Shown: positions 35,407-48,101 of the stretch, piece after piece | Layout of the letters: each line of letters opens with the position of its first letter | Position numbering within the stretch: the first letter of the stretch is position 1 | NCBI GenBank assembly: GCA_043228905.1 | Contig: JBHGNT010000011.1 | Span: forward strand, 5,766,001 to 5,830,000 | DNA: 64,000 nt | Reading direction: 5' to 3' | Origin: Azolla caroliniana | Lineage: Eukaryota > Plantae > Polypodiophyta | Notes under the pieces: model-generated | What the model was told of the DNA's origin: nothing | Seen by the model: only the letters and a program-made list of their open reading frames with translations | Database searches by the model: none | Translations under genes and position numbers: made by a program

Positions 35407-37869
35407 GATTGGTATACTCTTTGGTCTATTTGGCCAAATTTTCAAAGTTTGCTATACAGATTTTGCAAGAAACCATGTCCTATAGTGAAGCTGCCAATGG
35501 ATGGATATGTGTATGAATGTACTTGATTAAGAAAGCAGTGTATAATGAATGCATTTTGGTGGCCATAGATGTCACTGGAAATGGCGTCATTGTTCAAGGA
35601 GTTTCTCTCATTTTGCTTTCTCCTCCTATAGTCTGGTACGAAGGGAAATGTGAACTTGATATTTCAATGTGGGTTGTATGTGAAAATTTGTTTTTGTCAA
35701 GAACTATGTTCATTATGGGTCATTCATTTTTGTTGTTAAAAATAAAGCTTAGTGAAGGAAAATAATCTGTAGCAATAATCTTAACTTCAGTTGTAACAAA
35801 AAAACAGAAGGGGCCTATGGTATTGATGGCTTTAATTTGATACCTATTCTGATATGAGTTTGAGTCCATTTCAACCCTTGACAGACTTTCAGAAAAACCT
35901 TCAATGAGCTAAAAAGAAGGCTATGTTTGGTTGAACATCAAGGATTGCAGACAAACCTTCTATCTGATTGAAGATCTTGTGTTTTGCTTATTCTTATTAG
36001 GATTAACTAGACATATTCACACCAATGGATGGACAGATATTCAAAGCATTTGTTTTGGACTTTTTCACATTTGAAACTAGGCAGGTGGATGTTCAAGCAT
36101 TGGGCGAGACTTGGTAAAGTGTTTTAGGCTTGTATTATACAGGCTCTATCCACGATATATCATGTAGAATTTGATTGTTGATCTCACATGCTATGCAATC
36201 AATGTGAAGGATTTGATTTATGTTGCATTGTGATAAATGATGACTCGATGGTTGTAGCTACAATTGTTTTCGAATTTTTATATTCTACTAAAAAACAACT
36301 CTCTTCATATTGTCTTACGATACCAACCCTCTCCATATCTTATGACTGTGTATATATCATATATGTACTCAAACCTCTGTATCTTCTTATGGTACCTCGT
36401 CTAAAAGGATATAAGTTTGGTCTTTCAATGAGAATCCATGCATTGTGTTGTAAGAATTGGACATTACAGTCACACACTAGTACATTATCTTGTGCATGAA
36501 ACTTGATGTATCGAGAGGTTTAGGGTGATCATCTATCCTCTTAATACAAATATATCTTTTCTTCTTGTTTGTTTGTATTGTGATGGGAGTAGCCTCCCAT
36601 CAGTCCCTCACCTTGTTACAATAGTTGATTTGTCTTGTTTGCCATTACATTTATCGATCTTCTCTTGTTTGTTCAATTATTTTTGCTTCTCATCAGGGTG
36701 CATACCTTTGTATATATGTTGACTTAGGCGTGCCCTTGGTGTTTACTACTATTGAGAGAAATTTGTGTTATAGACACCCTCTTACCTCAAGTCCTCTGGT
36801 AGTATTGTTAGCCTTATAATCATGATGCACATAACCCATGTATATGTGTTCACTTAACAAGGATGATAACACAAGTTAAATAGGTATAAGGTCCATAAGA
36901 ATGTGGGAAATAATGGGGGGTATAAGAAGGATGAAGTTAAAGATTAACATTTGCATTTAAAGGATATTTATCCCAAGTGACAAGGACATCATAAAGCTTT
37001 GCACATAATCTAGAGTTTTTTTTTTTATACCAAAAAAACACTACTTCACATTAGTTAGCAAACAAAGTACATCAAAGTTCAACCATATTCAGCAAAATTC
37101 ACACTTCTCCCCACAACTAATCATAATCCCCACCCCCTCGTTTACAACAAAAGTATCCCACCGACTCTTTTTACATGGTAACTTGTACCACACCTATACA
37201 TATTTATATCTCCTGCCCACTAATGGAAGCCATTGGTGGAAACAACCATCTGGGTGCTTGGTAGTTCCATTTAAGCCCCGACGATGGTTTGACCATCATT
37301 GGAGAACCACTCCATTTCAACAGAAACTTTGACCAAGCCCTTTCTGCTTCATCAACCTAGAGGTATACATAAAATATGAAATGCTATAGAAATAATTTAT
37401 GGTACACTTGCTCTTAAGCATTCCATGACTCTGAAAAATATATGCAATCCATTGAGGGAACTCATTAGCAAGAGAACCAATTGTCATTGTTGACATCTTA
37501 AACATTCTTATTGCAAAATATCGTAGTTGAATTGTGAATGTACACACCTTCCTAAAGCAATTCAAAGGAAAACACAAATGCCAATGAGAATAGGAATTAA
37601 AGAATCCATGATTACATAAGGTTGATGCTTAAGGTCCCTCATAAGTTATGCCCAATATTGCAACCAGATGCAAAGGATATTTATTAAATCAATTTTAGCC
37701 CACAATGAGATTAAGACACGTTTAAAATTCAATCTTGATCTATAAAAAAGGAGAGCACATTGTTTGCTAACCAAACAATCCTAAATGACAATATCTTAGT
37801 GGGTATGTTCCTTTGACTTTTCATGATTGATTCTATTAGGAACCAATGCTTCCAAAACATATGAACTGG

Positions 37870-38712
37870 TGGATTGGCTCGCTAAAAGATTACAGTACGC
37901 GTCCGACCTACTGGCCCAGGAGCACAAGGATCGGGAGATGATCTAGAAGGCCATGCTCGGTGTGATTGAGTTGGAAGAAGGACAAGAACTACAAAGAATC
38001 GAGCAAAACCGCGATGCGAAAAATAAAGGTCAGGCGATTCAAATGCCTCCTCTTCCCATGGCCCTTGTCGAACTCTATAGGGAGTTCACCAGAACAAATA
38101 GAGCAATGAAAGACATGGGCACAGAGTAATGACGAACTGTCGGATCGACTTCGACAGATGGAAGAGAAGATGAAAGAAACTGACGACCATATGCAAAATT
38201 GTGATTTTGCTGGGATCCTGCACGTACCAGACAAACAATTATGGGATCAATTGTAGCCTAGCGAGAAGGAGGTCGAATGGGCCAATTAAAGAGCGAACGA
38301 AGCCGAGGAAAAAGTGAAGAAGATGGAAGATCGTATGTAGTTAGCAAAGACCAAGCTAGGGGCCCTGCTGGATGGCAAGGACAAGGCAATACACACCTTG
38401 AAACAACACGTAGAACCGCAAATGGCGGAGACGAAGCACGAGAAGGATAAGTTCAAGGAGCTGGAGGGGTATGTTCATATATAGGAGGAATAGTATGCCA
38501 ACCAAATGGCTAAGCTAGTGTTCGAGAAGTCAGAGATGCATACGGAGTACGAGCAACACAAAGGACAAATCGATCTGGAGAGAAAAATGAACTAACTAAG
38601 AAGTACAATGACCTCAAGGCCGAGTATGAAGAGAAATGTCTAGTTCCTACTGGTGGCAGAGGTGAAGCTAATGTTTGACCAAGGGTCGGCGGAAGCTCGC
38701 CTAGCAGAAATG
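37870..38712 (+). pseudogene. Decayed coiled-coil ORF of unknown (probably transposon) origin
   Basis: E/K/Q-rich heptad-like translation (LSDRLRQMEEKMKE, ANEAEEKVKKMEDR) broken by several TAG/TAA/TGA stops; truncated by a copia LTR. Confidence 0.45.
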
Positions 38713-40123
38713 TGTTAAGAGTTTTGTGTGGAAGCGTAGACAAACCGGCTCTGCCGGATACCAACAGGAAAACAGAGACAAGGTTTAATGGAAGCTTGAA
38801 AATACACAACAAATACACGAGAGAGACAAAGAGATCAGAACAGAACTTCTATTCAAAATAATAATACTTTGTACATACAAATATTCTATAGAACACTTTT
38901 TATACAAGTCCTTAAAAGGACTGACAAAAGTACTGACAAGTACTTCAATGTTCATATGAGAGACTCACACTAACTCCAAGGAATATGCCTACATACTAGG
39001 CTAAGATTGTAGGCCTCTAATGGCCTACCGATTACAATCTGATCCGGCTCTTGGTTCCATACACCGATCTGGATACCTATCCGGTTCTCCGTTCCGGATA
39101 CCGATCCGGATCCGGTTGAGCTTGTTAGCTCAACACTCCCCCTCAAGCTCAACTTTAGGTTGGATTGAGGTGTCAGTGTTTGTCGAGCCTTGTAGTCGGC
39201 CTCTTTTAGCGTCTTCTTTCCTTGCTCGCGCTCCTCGACCTGTTCCATTCTGCTTTCCACGACCTTCTTGGTCGGCTTATCTGCTCATAAGGCCCATTTT
39301 AGCTCCTTCGTTGTTGCGACTTCGGTGCTTCTCAACCCGTCAATTCCTCCGTGTCGATGTCGACTTCTGTTGCTTCCTAGTCCGTTTGGCCTTCAGTTGA
39401 TTCGGCTCCTCTGAATCAAACACCTCTTCCAAATCGGGGGCCTTCGATTCGTTCTAGCTCTTGTCCGAATTGGTTGTTTCCAATTCGTCCTCAATCTTCA
39501 GGCCCTTCACAACATCAGACCACGTCTAGGTCTTGGCCTTTTCTTTCCGGTCAGCCCTGTCCTTCTTCACTCTACCGCCGTCGCCGCTTGTTTTGACTTG
39601 ATCGGATGTACCGACTTCCTCAACCGACTTGGCTCCCCTTTCCATCTTGTCTCCCCATGTTTGGGTTGTTTCCTTTCCGGTTCTCCCCATATCAGTACTG
39701 GTTCTCCCCCTCAAGTGCGTTATGTCAAGATGTTGAATACCAAGCATCTCTGAAAAATGCTGCAACTTGTTGGTCCCAAGGGCCTTGGTGAAGATGTCGG
39801 CAACCTACCAATCCGTCCGGACATACCGGAGTTCGACTTCACCAGTGAGGACCCACTCGCGCATAAAGTGGTAATGCAATTCTATGTGCTTCGTCCGAGC
39901 ATGGAGCATGGGGTGCTTGGCTAGTTGCATGCTGCCTAGGTTGTCGCAGTAGATTGGGATCGGAGTTGGGACTTCGATCCGAAGGTCTTGCAACAGTCGT
40001 TGACGCCATATGGCTTCAGAGGTGGCAACGGTAGCGCCCCGATACTCAGTCTCAATGCTCGATAGAGCCACAATTGGCTGCTTTTTGTTGCTCTGTGCAA
40101 CAGTCGCGTTACCTAGAGAGAAC

Positions 40124-40937
40124 TGACAGGAATCCAACGTTCCTTATGCGCGACGCTCGGCCACAACCGAGCGTAGAATGATACATAGAAAACGGGAAAT
40201 TATAACACGACACAAAGGAGAGGAAGATACACAGGAGGTTTACGTGGAAAACCCAAAGAGGGAAAAACCACGGTAGCCCACAGGCTGCAAACTGTCACTA
40301 TGTGAGAATGTACAACAGTGAGTTCACTGAGGCAACGACCTCGTGCTCACAGATCTTCGCCACACGCGGCAGTTACAATAGAGGCAACGACCTCTTTCTC
40401 TCTCTCTCTCTCTGTACACTATTACGTGCTCACTCTTCTTCTTGCACCAACAAGGAAGAATAACAACAACTAAAAGTTTGCCCTAAGTCATATTTATACT
40501 AATATGACTTTTCGGCTATTTACAAATATAGCCTCGATGGGCTCTCAGAAACATATTTACGAATATGTCTCTTCCTCCGGTTCTCACCAGTCTGCACCAT
40601 CCGGCTCTCCGTAGCCGGGTACTCCTCATCCGGTTCATACCGGGCCTGTATCATCCGGCTCTCCGTAGCCGAGTACTCCTCATCCGGTCTTCACCGGGAC
40701 TGTATCATCCGGCTCTCCATAGCCGGGTACTCCTCATCCGGTCTTCACCGGGACTGTATCATCCGGCTCTCCGTAGCCGAGTACTCCTCATCCGGTCTTC
40801 ACCGGGACTGTATCATCCGGCTCTCCGTAGCCGGGTACTCCTCATACCGTTTCGGCCTCGGCCTATCGGCCTTGGCCGAGTTTGTTCGTCAGCACTGTTC
40901 TTCTTCCTTCCCATCCGGAGGGACCTGTCTCCCAACA
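40124..40937 (-). mobile_element. Solo LTR (814 bp), Tork/Tnt1-like family
   Basis: TG...CA; TSD AGAAC at 40119-40123 and 40938-40942; shares gtataaatatgacttagggcaaac and gggttttccacgt with the LTR at 62250. Confidence 0.9.
40595..40846. repeat. 54-bp tandem repeat, about 4.7 copies, in U3 of the solo LTR
   Basis: Unit tatcatccggctctccgtagccgagtactcctcatccggtcttcaccgggactg. Confidence 0.95.
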
Positions 40938-42446
40938 AGAACATGTAACCGGAAATGGACTGACGATCCTACGCATCACTGGCCCAATCGACATCTGTAT
41001 ATCCGACTAGCTTTTCAATTATACCATGTCGGTATAACAATCCCCGATCCTTAGTGCCGCTTACATACCTGAGTATTCGGTGTGTGCACTAAAGGTGCTC
41101 CACGGTTGACTTCTGCATAAATTGACTTATCACCCCGACCGGATAGCTAATGTCGGGTCGGCTGATAATAAGATATACGAGGCTTCCAACAAATTGTTGG
41201 AAGCATTTCACATCGCAGGTTGGTCCGGAGTCGGGATGAAGCTTCAGGTTCCGGTCTAGGGGTGTGGACACTGGTCGGCAACCAGTTATACTGAACTTGT
41301 ACAACATATTTAGCACATAATCTCATTGTGAGAGAAATATGACATCAGGGTGTGGATCACTTCGATCGCAAGGAAGTAATGAAGGTGCCCTAGGTCCTTC
41401 ATTTCGAATGCATCCGATAACTAGGACAACACTCGGCTAATTTCAGTGAGTCCGGGTTCGACGATGACTAAATCATCCATGTAAACCAAGATGCATACTA
41501 GACCTTTTGGACTTTTCCGGATGAACAATGAAGGGTCGGACTTTGAGGCCGCAAACCCCACATTACACAACCAGTGCGTGATTTTCGAATTCCAAGCATG
41601 GGGGGCTTGCTTCAAGCCATAAAGTGACTTCTTGAGTCGGCAGACTGCAGAGTTGTTCATCTTCGATTGAAAACCGGGGGGCTGGATCATGTAGACCTGT
41701 TTGTTCTTCACATCCATTTGGTGAAGATGCCACCCCCTTGCCGTAACAATTGCTAGCACCACATGAACCGTTGTCATCTTCTCTACCGAGGCGAAGGTCT
41801 CGTCGTAATCCATTATGTGGGTATGCGCATATCCTTTGGCAACTAATTGGGCCTTATATCGGTTGACCAACCGTCAACATTGTATTTCACCTTGAACACC
41901 CATTAGCAGCCGATTAGTTTGCAATTTCGAGGAGGGTCAACCAAGTCCCATGTGCTTGCGTCTCTTCCTCCATTGGGGCACGCCAATTCGCATCTTTTAT
42001 CGCCTCTACGTAGCTCTCCAACTCACACACTTCTGCCACCAGGTTTGTTGTGATTGTCGGGACGTGAAACACGTTCATAAGCTTCCCTTTTTGTTCGATA
42101 TGACTCAAGGGAGCTTCTCCAACATGTACGATCGGGTGAGGAGTGTCATCTCCGGTTTTGACAACTCTCGGTTCCTGCGGCTTTTCTAGAAACGAGAACC
42201 ACTCTTTGTGGCTAGTCATGTGGTTAAGACACTCCAGAGTCAATGTACCACACTTCCTCTGATCCAGAATGGGTCTCCTTCATTGAGTTTGGCTTGTGTT
42301 TCATCACAAAGGCTGGCCCTTTTTAGGTCTTTCCAGTCCCGGATCCTTCCGATCCTTCAACGTATGTGAGCTTTGCTGGTTCCCTTGTGAATTCTTGTGG
42401 GATCCGAATTTATCCGAATCGACGCAATTGTTCCAACACTCGCTCT

Positions 42447-43990
42447 TGTTGATGGAGGGGGGGTGAAGCCTCGAGGGGCTCCACCCCCCTCCCAAGGGGG
42501 TTACGATAGGGAGAGAGAAGGAGAGAGTGAAAATAAGAATGACAACAAAATGAGAGGGAAAAAGTTATATTACATTATGCCCCATGGGTGGGGTTTATAT
42601 AGTACAAGAGGTAACCGTTACAAATAAAGAATGAGACAAGTAGGGAGTTACATTACTTACCCACTTTCTCACCTTTGTACACATGCACACAAATGTGCAT
42701 GTGTTCATACACATACTCATCCTCATAGACTCATTTATACATACACATCAACTATATTATCATGTTCCACCCCTTATGCCTCCCCGGATATTCTTACCGG
42801 TAACACATGGCACACCTGTGGGACAGTGCATTGCACAGTGAACCCACTCGCCATAGCAACTCTCGACCGGAACTCCATCGATCGTCTCAACGCTCGGAAA
42901 CTCCCTCGGCCGGAACACAACTCTACGATCGATAACTTCGATCGGAGCTTTGCTTGATTCAAACATTCTTGTTCGGTCAGCACAACTTGCGATTGGATCA
43001 TACACCAACTGGCTAGTTCATTGTGGCATGGGTCATGAAATCATGTTGTGTTTTCGTGTATTATTTCTTTTATCATGTGAGTTGTGTTTTCGAAATTCCA
43101 TGATTTATACTCCTTGGTTTTAGATTTTTACCCTCAAGTTTTAAAATTTTATTTTTTATCCTTGAATTTTCGAAATTCTCTTCTTTACCCTTGAGCTTTA
43201 GAAATTTTGTCAAATGGGTCCAATGTTTTTGAAATTTCTTACTATGCCCTTGAGCTTCTGAAATTTTAGCTTCTCTTCTTCTTTCTTTTTATGTCTCTCT
43301 TTTGTCTCTGTTCTTTTTCTTCTTCTCCAATGTCGTCTTCTTTCTTCATTTCCTTCATATGCTCATTTGTGAAAGTGTAATCTTGATCTTCATGTGTTGC
43401 CTTTCCTAGTTCTGTCGAATTTGACTTTGCTCCTCCTTTCTTTCTGCTTCCTTCGCTCTATGTCTTCTCATCTTCTGTGGTGCCATGACCGGCACACCAA
43501 TGTTCATGACCCTGCAATCTGATTTGTTGGTAGAAGCGTGAATATCTCTGTGTACACCGCGTGATGCAACTCTTCTATGGTGAAAACTCATAAATTTGGA
43601 GACGATGGGTTGATAACAAGATAGGATGAGGGCAGTTGGAGGCAGGAAGAACCCTAAAATCCCCTAATATGGTTGTCTGTCTAACTCTTTTAACAAATTT
43701 GGAGAGCTGGGGGAGAGCCCAGAACCTCTATTCACTTAGTCTCTGAGCTCTTATTCTCTTATTTCCCCCTTTGAATCGTCTTCTTAATTCCCCCTTGAAT
43801 TGTCTTCTATTGTTGTTATTGCAAAATGGGATCCTAAACCTTCTTCTAAAAGAGGGGATGAATTGGTAGGGGTGTATATACTTTCTCTTCCATGAGACCT
43901 TTCTTCATCTTCCTTCTATGACTTGCATCTTCTAGGCATGAGGAAATAATTGTAATCACTGAAGGACTGGTTGTCTAGAACTATATTTGT
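42447..43990 (-). mobile_element. Truncated 3' end of another LTR element (LTR ~42447-42762, PPT, non-coding 3' region) inside copia B gag
   Basis: TG...CA segment with TATA, purine tract aggggtggaaca next to it on the minus strand; host gag resumes at ~43990 with a deletion; no TSD found. Confidence 0.5.
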
Positions 43991-45035
43991 GCCTCCGGTT
44001 TTGCTCCTGCCGGTCGCCGCTATTGCGTGCCAACCCATCTCATCCTCCATGTCAACAGGGCTGATCCACCTCTGTGTATAGCATCGGGTTGTCCGATTGA
44101 GTGGTCCTCGACCCCCTCGCATGGTTTTCTTCGACCATCAGCGTTGATTGCAGGTCAACAAAGGAGAATGGCTTCTCCCGGGTGAAAATCGTCGTCCGGA
44201 TTGGCCCGTACCGTTGTGCTAGACCAATAAGGTAGATCTGGACCATCTAATCTTTGTCCACCGTCATGTTGATGAACCCGATACGTCGCAAATCTCCTTG
44301 ATCTTGGTGGTGTAGTCAGTAATCGTCATGTCTCGTTGCCGGATACTATTGAGCTCTTGCCAAAGCTGCAACTTCCGAGCTATGGTACTTGCGGCGAAAA
44401 TCTTCTGGAGGTTTTCCTAGGCCTCCTTCGGCGACTTTGCATCTCTGATGTAGCCGAGCATTTGTTCGTGCACACAAGACGCGAGGTAGTACAACACTAT
44501 GCTCGGTCCTTGTTCCCATGCCAGGAAGTCCTTGTGTACTGAATCCGGCGCTGCTACATTTACTCCTTCTACGAAGCTCCAATATCCATGCCCCAATAGG
44601 TACTGGTGCATTTTATACGACTAGGACGCATAGTTGCTCTAGTCGAGCTTTTCTGTAGGAAACAAGCTCACCATGCTTCTGTCCATATCTTTCTTCTCTC
44701 TTCTATTCTTTACCGGTGATTAGGGTTTGTCCAACTAGAGGAGTTGTCGACAATAGAGGTTCTCAACCCTCGTGCTCTGATACCATGTTAAGAGTTTCAT
44801 GCGGAAGCATAGAGTAACCTGCTTTGCTGGATACCAACAGGAAAACGGAGACAAGGTTTAATGGAAGCTTGAAAACACACAGAGAATACATGGGAGAGAC
44901 AGAGAGATCAGAACATAACTTCTATTCAAAATAATAACACTTTGTACATACAAATTTTCTACTGAACACTTTTTATACAAGTCCTTAAAAGGAATGATAG
45001 AAGTATTAACAAGTACTTCAATATTCATACAAGCG

Positions 45036-45663
45036 ACGTCAGCTTGAACATTTCGCCAAATGAGTCTTCCATTTTCTTTTGCTTGAAGGTAATGAACCTT
45101 CACTCTGATATCAGTTTGTTGTAAAATGAGTCATGGCCACAACCAAGATTCAAGTAGAGATGGTAAATCGGAATATTGCACACTCATAGAGACAAAGCGA
45201 CACATGATGTTATCGTGGAAAAACCATGGGAGTTCACAGACTCTGAACAGAATCACTATATGAAGGAAAGAATACAACAAGAGACTCCAAAGGCAACAAT
45301 CTTGAGCTCTTCTTCATCCACCAATAGTTGCTACAGAGAAAATTGCTTCTCTCTCTCTCTCTCTCACGCGTGCACACACACACACACGCACACACACACA
45401 CATAGTTACAACGACTCTTTTCAATGATAATAGTTGTGTAAAAAAAAATCAATGTCGTTACCCTAGTTATATTTATACTAATATAACTTTTAGGGCTATC
45501 TACAAATATAGCCTGCAAAAGGCATATCAGAACATATTTATAGATATGTTTTCTTCTAGGTTCATCCCTTGATTCGACCGGATACCTTCTGGATCCGGTC
45601 CAGCTCCGAATCCATCCGATTTGGTTGGTGCTCTTTCCATTTGGAAAGACCTGTTTCCCATCA
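45036..45663 (-). mobile_element. Tork-like copia 5' fragment: LTR 45117-45663, mutated PBS, gag start
   Basis: LTR similar to 40124-40937; TGATATCAGAG (one change from the Met-i PBS) at 45113->45103; MEDSFGEMFKLT start, then fused to the copy B LTR. Confidence 0.72.
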
Positions 45664-46784
45664 CGGTTGCAGATCCTCCACGGGCCTCTTAAGCCATATG
45701 GCTTCGCATGTAGCGACAACCGCTCTTTGGTACTCGGCCTGAATACTCAACAATGTGACTCTTGGTTGTTTCTTGCTGCTCCATGCAATCGTTGCACTTT
45801 CCAAGGAGAAAGCGTATTCGGAAGTCGATCATCATCCATGTAGCCGACAAGTTGTTCGACGACACCTGTCCGATTGTTATGTACACATAACGTTGGTGAG
45901 GGTAGGTCACTAATATTTACATTAGTGAAGGGTATGTTCACTATTATTAAAAAGGGGACTAATGATTGGATAGAATGAATGATATGTGCATGCACTATCA
46001 TGATTTAGACAACCAATGAATAGAGAGCCTTTTAGAAAGGCACATCTATTCAAGGGGCCTAGGAAAAGGTATAAATATGAGGCTTAGATACCCTCATAGG
46101 ATGATCACGTCGGAAGGCTGCTGTCGTAGACACCGGTGGTGCGGGCTAGGCTTTCGTCTCGACGATCGTGTTTATCTCTTCCAAGGTATTAGTCATCCTA
46201 ATATCCGGCGGTATGGGACGTCGGTGGTAGGTTGGCTATGTCTAGATCATAGCTCGGGGGTGGTCGGGTGGAACGGGTTCTTCTATCCAATCTATTTTCT
46301 TCCTTTTTACTTGATTTGGTCTATTGATTAGTAATAGACTCTTAACAGTGGTATCAGAGCTTTTACTAACAATTTTTTTGTTGTTTTGATGTTTTTTGCG
46401 TGTGAGCGAGGGGGATCTAACAAGGCTCGTCATGCTCTTCTCAGGATCAAAACAACACTCTAAACCCGGTATTCTTCTTTTTTTGATCTCTTCTCTTTTT
46501 CTATTATGCGTTCTTTATGGTCGAATCAAATTGGTATTACGTTTTATTCTCTTTCTTTCTACCTCCTACTACGCTACGATTTTACTTATTATTATGCATC
46601 GGGCCGAGCGTGTTTGCACTAATCGCACACGCTCAATTCATGGCCTTTTGCATATTGCGATATATATCCCACTCTCTCCTCTCTTGAACTCTTACGATAA
46701 TAATTATTCTTGTGCATTGGGTCGAGCGTGTTTGCTCTAATCGCACACGCTTATCTCATGGCCGTTTTGCATATGATGTTGAGT

Positions 46785-47120
46785 ATACCACTCTTCCTCT
46801 CTATTGAGCCATCACTGGGCCGATTCTAAGGGATGATGTGGCCTTGACGAGGTGTATGTTGCCTACCTATGCCACTCTACTCTCTATTAAGCCATCAATT
46901 GGCCGATTCTATGGGATGTTGTGGCCTTGACAAGGTATATGTAGCTTACATATGCCACTTTCCTTTTTAATTAGCCATCAATTGGCCGATTCTAGGGGAT
47001 GATGTGGCCTTGACGAGGTATATGTCACTTACCTATGCCACTTTCCTCTTTAATTAGCCATTACTTGGCCGATTCTAGGGATATGTGGTGGTCTTGAGGA
47101 GGTGCATGTCAACTACCCTA
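46785..47120. repeat. ~83-bp tandem repeat, about 4 copies, in the long 5' UTR of the chromovirus
   Basis: Recurring gccatcaattggccgattcta...gtggccttgacgagg...tatgccact. Confidence 0.85.
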
Positions 47121-48101
47121 GGGTTTCGTATCTTAGGGCATGTTTGATTCCATACACCAAATTGTTGATTATTCTAATTAAATTTTAATTTCATAAGTAG
47201 TGTTTCACTTATATGATTTTCTAGTAATTATTATTTACCCGCCCACAATTAACTCTCCTTTTTCCACTTCCTTTTCATGTATAAAGTATTTACATCGTTT
47301 ATTTTTAATGTAACCTTTACGTGTAGACTATTTTTTCGTATGGAGTGGCTTGTTGAACGATTTTTTTTCAACGGGTCATCTAGGTTTAACTCTTATCATC
47401 AAGCCTTAGAAAACGAGTAAAACCATATGAGTTCCCTTATTGATGTTTTACTCATGGATTTGAGTATTACATCTTTGCGCACAACACCGTCATCACTTGT
47501 ATCAATTTGTGGCTTATGTCACAATTGTGCAAGTTATAACAATCATATTGGGATGTATATGTGCATACCTTGCACTTCCCATTTATTTGTGACATTGTTT
47601 TTTTCGTAGGTAACACATGGGTTCTTTTTTTTTACCCTTGTTTTCGACACTACTTAACTCTTATGAGTAGTGCCTTATTTTATCATTTTATCATCACGTT
47701 TGCTTATTGCTCGCAAGACTAGAATATTACTTGTGAGTGCACTTGTTTTTTCACGTAATACACTTTCTCGACCATATAATACATGATGGGTTGGCATTAA
47801 TATAAGGCTATCACGGAAATTTCATTGATGTAAGAACCATGGTTGAGCCTCGGGAAGCCGCCATGATTACTCAAGATAGAGATCCGAGAAATACATCTTA
47901 GCTATGTTTTCCCCCATGGTTTTTAAAACACCATAGTGTTACCATAGTTATCGGATCTCGAATCACATCTCATATGTCTAGAGGGGTAAAGACATGAGAT
48001 ACTTTCTTGGATAAAGTTCTTTCAATCAAAATTTCAAGCATTCATTTTGCTTGTGTATTTTCTGAACCCCCTTATTTTATTGCATACCCACAGCGTGCAT
48101 C

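Larger units (their letters stand above)
38713..45035 (-). mobile_element. Ty1/copia copy B (same family as A), decayed, integrase deleted, 5' LTR truncated
   Basis: 3' LTR 38713-39135, PPT 39136-39146, RH/RT fragments 39526-41900, PR ~42050-42260, gag 43990-44690, PBS TGGTATCAGAGC 44785->44774, partial 5' LTR 44786-~45035. Confidence 0.88.

Noticed and set aside
40565-40948. 127-aa repeat protein HPALRSRVLLIRSSPGLY
   Set aside because: By-product of a 54-bp repeat lying antisense in an LTR.
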